A stretch of DNA of 64,000 nt from Dendrobates tinctorius (taxonomy: Eukaryota), in NCBI RefSeq assembly GCF_039654945.1, contig NW_027361964.1, forward strand, positions 2,294,001-2,358,000. Reading direction: 5' to 3'. This document shows, in pieces, positions 60,001-64,000 of this stretch. The position numbers were made by a program, and so were the translations under genes. Position 1 is the first letter of the stretch, and the number at the start of each line of letters is the position of its first letter. The notes below the pieces were generated by a model. That model did no database searches. It had not been told where the DNA came from and saw only the letters and a program-made list of their open reading frames with translations.

Positions 60001-61027
60001 ATGCCGGCCCATTAGCCGAGGAGCCCAGATTGTTAGTTATTGTGCTCATCAGTAATGGCTGATAAACTAAGTAGAGCACAGACACACACCAAAGACGCGC
60101 AGAACGGGAGGTGGATGTGTGGACAGTACTCCAAGAGACCGTGACTTCATGACCTTCTCCGAAATATAGATTCTGTCTTATTGACTGGAATTTACTATTG
60201 TAAGTCTATCACTTTGTGAACATCCTCAGGGACTGAACCGTTTGAGCTGCTTGTTATGAATAAAGCCGACTCTGGGGTGTCCCTCAGAACCATATTGGCC
60301 ATCGGCTTAAGAGTGTTGTCTGTGTGCTCTTCGGCCGAAACGAATGAACACTATCTAAAAAGGAGATCCTTTGTGGAGTAGATCGGGGTACCCTAAAGTT
60401 CAGAAGTGGATCTGCCACTAATACAGTCTTCTTGAATCTCTTTTCCAGTAAAAATGCAAAATCCATGACCATTAGGGCAGAGAGGCTTATACGGGAACCC
60501 TCCTTACATCCCACGTGACACTTCTCCATGTGTCTGACATGACAAGTCCCATCATGTAGTTATAACCAGTGTTGATCAAGCACTGAAATACTCAAGTGCT
60601 CGGTGCTCGAATGGAGCACGTTGGATTAAGCCCTCTTAGGGTGAAACGCGTAGGAAATTGCTCCCCTCCATACGCCTCTTTATGTCGTTTTTACCTGATG
60701 GTAAGAAGATTTTATATTCTCAATAAAGCAATTATTATTTTATCTCCTGGAGACGCCGGAAAAATCCTTCTTTATGTTGTACATGCACGTTGGACACTCG
60801 GCCTCCTTTCGACTTGAGCTGGGAGCCTATTGGAAGTGAATGGCAAACTCGGAACATTTTGGGAAAACTCTCTCTCTGTCGGTCTCTTGTCCCTTCAGTG
60901 CAGCGCCGGCTCAGATGACTCAAATGAGCTTGTCATAAAGAAAAACAGTCGCACTCAAAAAATCACATCTTAGTAAAGAAAAAGATTGATTTCAATCACA
61001 AGAAAGTGCAATAAACTGAAGAAGACA

Positions 61028-61069
61028 AAGGTAACGTTTCGACCCTATCTTGGGTCTTTTTCAAACCTT
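61028..61069 (-). ncRNA. Minimal type-I hammerhead-ribozyme candidate with a U3:A8 variant core
   Basis: Minus strand AAGGT|TTGAAAA-A|GACCC-AAGATA-GGGTC|GAAA-CG-TT|ACCTT: perfect 5-bp stems I and II, GAAA box, palindromic ACGT stem III, GUU cleavage triplet. Confidence 0.6.
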
Positions 61070-61071
61070 GC

Positions 61072-61228
61072 TCATATGGAAGGTCATGAAGAGAAATTGT
61101 GCACAAATGATACAAGAATCCCGTTAAGGGCTTGCGATACACGTTGGGGTAGACAGCTGCATATCGCAAGCCCTAACGGGATTCTTGTATCATTTGTGCA
61201 CAATTTCTCTTCATGACCTTCCATATGA
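61072..61228. repeat. Near-perfect inverted repeat (68- and 67-bp arms, 22-nt loop)
   Basis: 61072-61139 is the reverse complement of 61162-61228 apart from one indel. Confidence 0.95.
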
Positions 61229-64000
61229 ATCCACGGTCTGTATGCAACAAGCTTCCTTTCCTACACAATTACTTTCTGAAAAACTCTCTGAATTTGTTGG
61301 CCCTCACGGAAACCTGGATTCAGGATTCTGACACTGTCTCTCCTGCTGCCATTTCCCATGGTGGCTTACAATTCTCCCATTCCCCGAGACCGACAAATAG
61401 ACCTGGTGGTGGAGTCGGCATACTCCTGTCCCCACAATGCACTTTCCAGGTCATCCCCTCAGTTCCATCACTCTCATTCCCTTCTTTTGAAGTCCACACC
61501 ATCAGGCTCTTTCGTCCCCTCTCCCTCAGAGTAGCGGTCATATACCGGCCCCCAGGCTCACCCACCCACTTCCTGGACCATTTCTCTGCCTGGCTGCCGC
61601 ACTTCATGTCCTCAGAACTACCAACCCTTATCCTGGGAGACTTCAACATCCCCATTAACAGCCCCACTTCCACATCTGCATCCCAGCTTCTATCACTAAC
61701 CACTTCTCTAGGCTTCTCTCAGCTCTCAACCTCTGAAACACACAAAGACGGTAACACCCTGGACCTGGTTTTCGCCCGGCTCTGCTCAATCTCCTACCTA
61801 GATAACTCACCGCTTCCCCTCTCTGACCACAACATTCTCTCCTTTACACTCACAAATCCTCGCTCACCCCAGCACCCTCCTACCTACCATTCAGTCAGAA
61901 ATCTACAAGCCATTAACCCTCATACACTTTCAGACTCCCTACACTCATCATTGTCCCCAATCTCTTCTTTGTCCTGTCCTGATCTGGCTGTACATCACTT
62001 CAATGACACTCTTAGAAGCACCCTTGACCAAGTAGCTCCCCTCACCCTCAGAACCTCCAAACACAGAGTGAAACAGCCCTGGCTCACATCGCAAACCCGA
62101 TTTCTCCAGCGATGCTCTAGGTGTGCTGAACGCTTATGGAGGAAAACACGCACACCAGAAGACTTCATCCACTTCAAATTTATGTTAAGGACATATAACT
62201 CTGCCCTTCACCTCGCCAAACAGACCTACTTCACCACCCTGATCTCCTCACTAGCCAACAACCCCAAGAAACTTTTTGACACCTTTCACTCCCTCCTCAG
62301 GCCAAAAGCACAAGCCCCTATCACAGACATTTGCGCTGATGACCTGGCCTCCCACTTTATAGAGAAAATAGACAATATCCGTCAGGAAATCCGCTCCCAA
62401 TCACCAAGTTCAGTGACTCCCATCCCTCCCTGCATTTCCCCTGGCTCACTCTCCACATTTGCTCCCATCACAGAAGAAGAAGTCTCCAGGCTCCTCTCCT
62501 CTTCTCGTCCAACTACATGCACAACCGACCCCATTCCCTCACATCTCCTCCAGTCTCTCTCCCCAGTCGTCACAACTCACCTAACTACAATCTTTAATCT
62601 CTCCCTCTCCTCTGGCATTTTCCCCTCCTCCTTCAAACACTCTATCATTACTCCATTACTAAAGAAACCCACCCTTGACCCATCCTGCACAAACAACTAC
62701 AGACCAGTCTCCAATCTCCCCTTCATCTCTAAACTCTTGGAGCGCCTGATATACTCCCGCCTTACCCGTTACCTCTCCACTCACTCCCTCCTAGACCCTT
62801 CACAGTCCGGTTTCCGCCCCCTACATTCGACAGAAACTGCACTCATCAAAGTGACCAATGACCTTCTGACAGCAAAACGTAATGGTGACCATTCTCTGCT
62901 CATTCTTCTCGACCTTTCTGCAGCTTTCGACACTGTTGACCATCCTCTCCTACTCTCTAGGCTCCAGTCACTAGGCATTAAGGACACTGCTCTTTCCTGG
63001 TTCTCCTCCTATCTTTCCGACCGCTCCTTCAGTGTTCTGTTTTCTGGCTCCACTTCATCTCCTCTTCCTCTCACTGTTGGGGTACCTCAGGGCTCAGTCC
63101 TTGGCCCCCTTCTCTTCTCTCTCTATACAGCCCCAATTGGACAGACCATCAGCAGATTTGGCTTTCAGTACCATCTTTATGCTGATGACACACAACTGTA
63201 CACATCATCCCCTGACCTTACCTCCGCTGTACTACAGAACGCCACTGACTGTCTGTCTGCAGTCTCCAACATCATGTCTGCTCTCTATCTGAAACTCAAC
63301 CTCTCCAAAACTGAACTTCTTCTGCTCCCACCATCTACTAACCTCCCTAAATCTGACATTTCCCTCTCTGTGGGTGGCACCATAATAACACCCCGACAGC
63401 AGGTGCGCTGTCTGGGTGTTATGTTCGACTCCGATCTCTCCTTCACCTCCCATATACAATCTCTTGCCCGCTCATGCCGCTTACACCTAAAGAACATCTC
63501 TAGAATCCGCCCTTTTCTCACCATGGAAACAACAAAAACTCTCACTGTCGCCCTGATCCACTCCCGCCTAGACTACTGTAATGCTCTATTAATTGGCCTC
63601 CCTCTCACTCGACTCTCCCCTCTCCAGTCTATCCTTAATGCAGCAGCCAGGGTTGTCCATCTGGCTAATCGTTTCTCAGACGCGTCCGCTCTTCGCCAGT
63701 CGTTACACTGGCTGCCAATTCATTACAGGGTACAATTCAAAGTACTTGTTCTCACCCACAAAGCTCTCCACAGTGCGGCACCCCCTTACATCTCCTCCCT
63801 CATTTCTGTCTATCGGCCTAACCGACCGCTGCGCTCTGCAAATGACTTTCGACTAACCTCTGCCCTAATCCGTACCTCCCACTCCCGACTCCAAGACTTC
63901 TCCCGTGCTGCGCCAATCCTCTGGAATGCTCTACCCCAAAATATTAGGACCATCCACAATTTGCATAGTTTTAGGCGCTCGCTCAAAACACATTTGTTCA
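61228..64000 (+). mobile_element. Second L2 LINE (different subfamily) with a nearly full-length, apparently open ORF2; runs off the window end
   Basis: [15 protein letters not shown] (61228), YADD (63178) and the terminal [10 protein letters not shown] (to 64000) are all in the same frame. The ORF track lists no closed ORF in that frame, consistent with no stop. Confidence 0.92.

Larger units (their letters stand above)
60622..61228. mobile_element. Penelope-like terminal-repeat remnants (two oppositely oriented hammerhead-like cassettes) ending in a long fold-back
   Basis: Plus strand GCCCT-CTT-AGGGT-GAAACGCGTA (60630-60652) followed by AATAAA; minus-strand motif at 61028-61069; GTCGCACTC start shared with the Penelope at ~52338. 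Confidence 0.6.

Overview
Eukaryotic vertebrate DNA, most likely from a frog (inferred from the mix of repeats and the receptor cluster). It is not prokaryotic: I found no operons, rRNA, tRNA or CRISPR arrays. The host genes form a cluster of five intronless bitter-taste receptor (TAS2R-family) loci. Four have open reading frames: 4571-5560(-), 6977-7927(-), 57082-57969(+) and 59005-60000(+). The fifth, 32173-35946(-), is split by a young 2.8-kb L2 LINE with an 11-bp target-site duplication (TSD); removing the insertion restores a stop-free 308-aa receptor. The rest is nested transposable elements: Gypsy proviruses and solo LTRs, three sister solo LTRs with 6-bp TSDs, BEL/Pao, Ngaro/DIRS, Penelope, L2, Tc1, hAT, Harbinger and TTAA-type MITEs. 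Five unrelated 30-42-bp minisatellite arrays (about 11 kb in total) explain most of the long spurious ORFs. The most notable observations are (1) the L2-split receptor, (2) Penelope-type minimal hammerhead-ribozyme motifs, one with a U3:A8 compensated core, and (3) a long fold-back next to that motif that gives an in-frame ATG to a second, open L2 ORF. I found no evidence for a wholly new biological system. All family assignments come from motif recognition by eye, not database searches.
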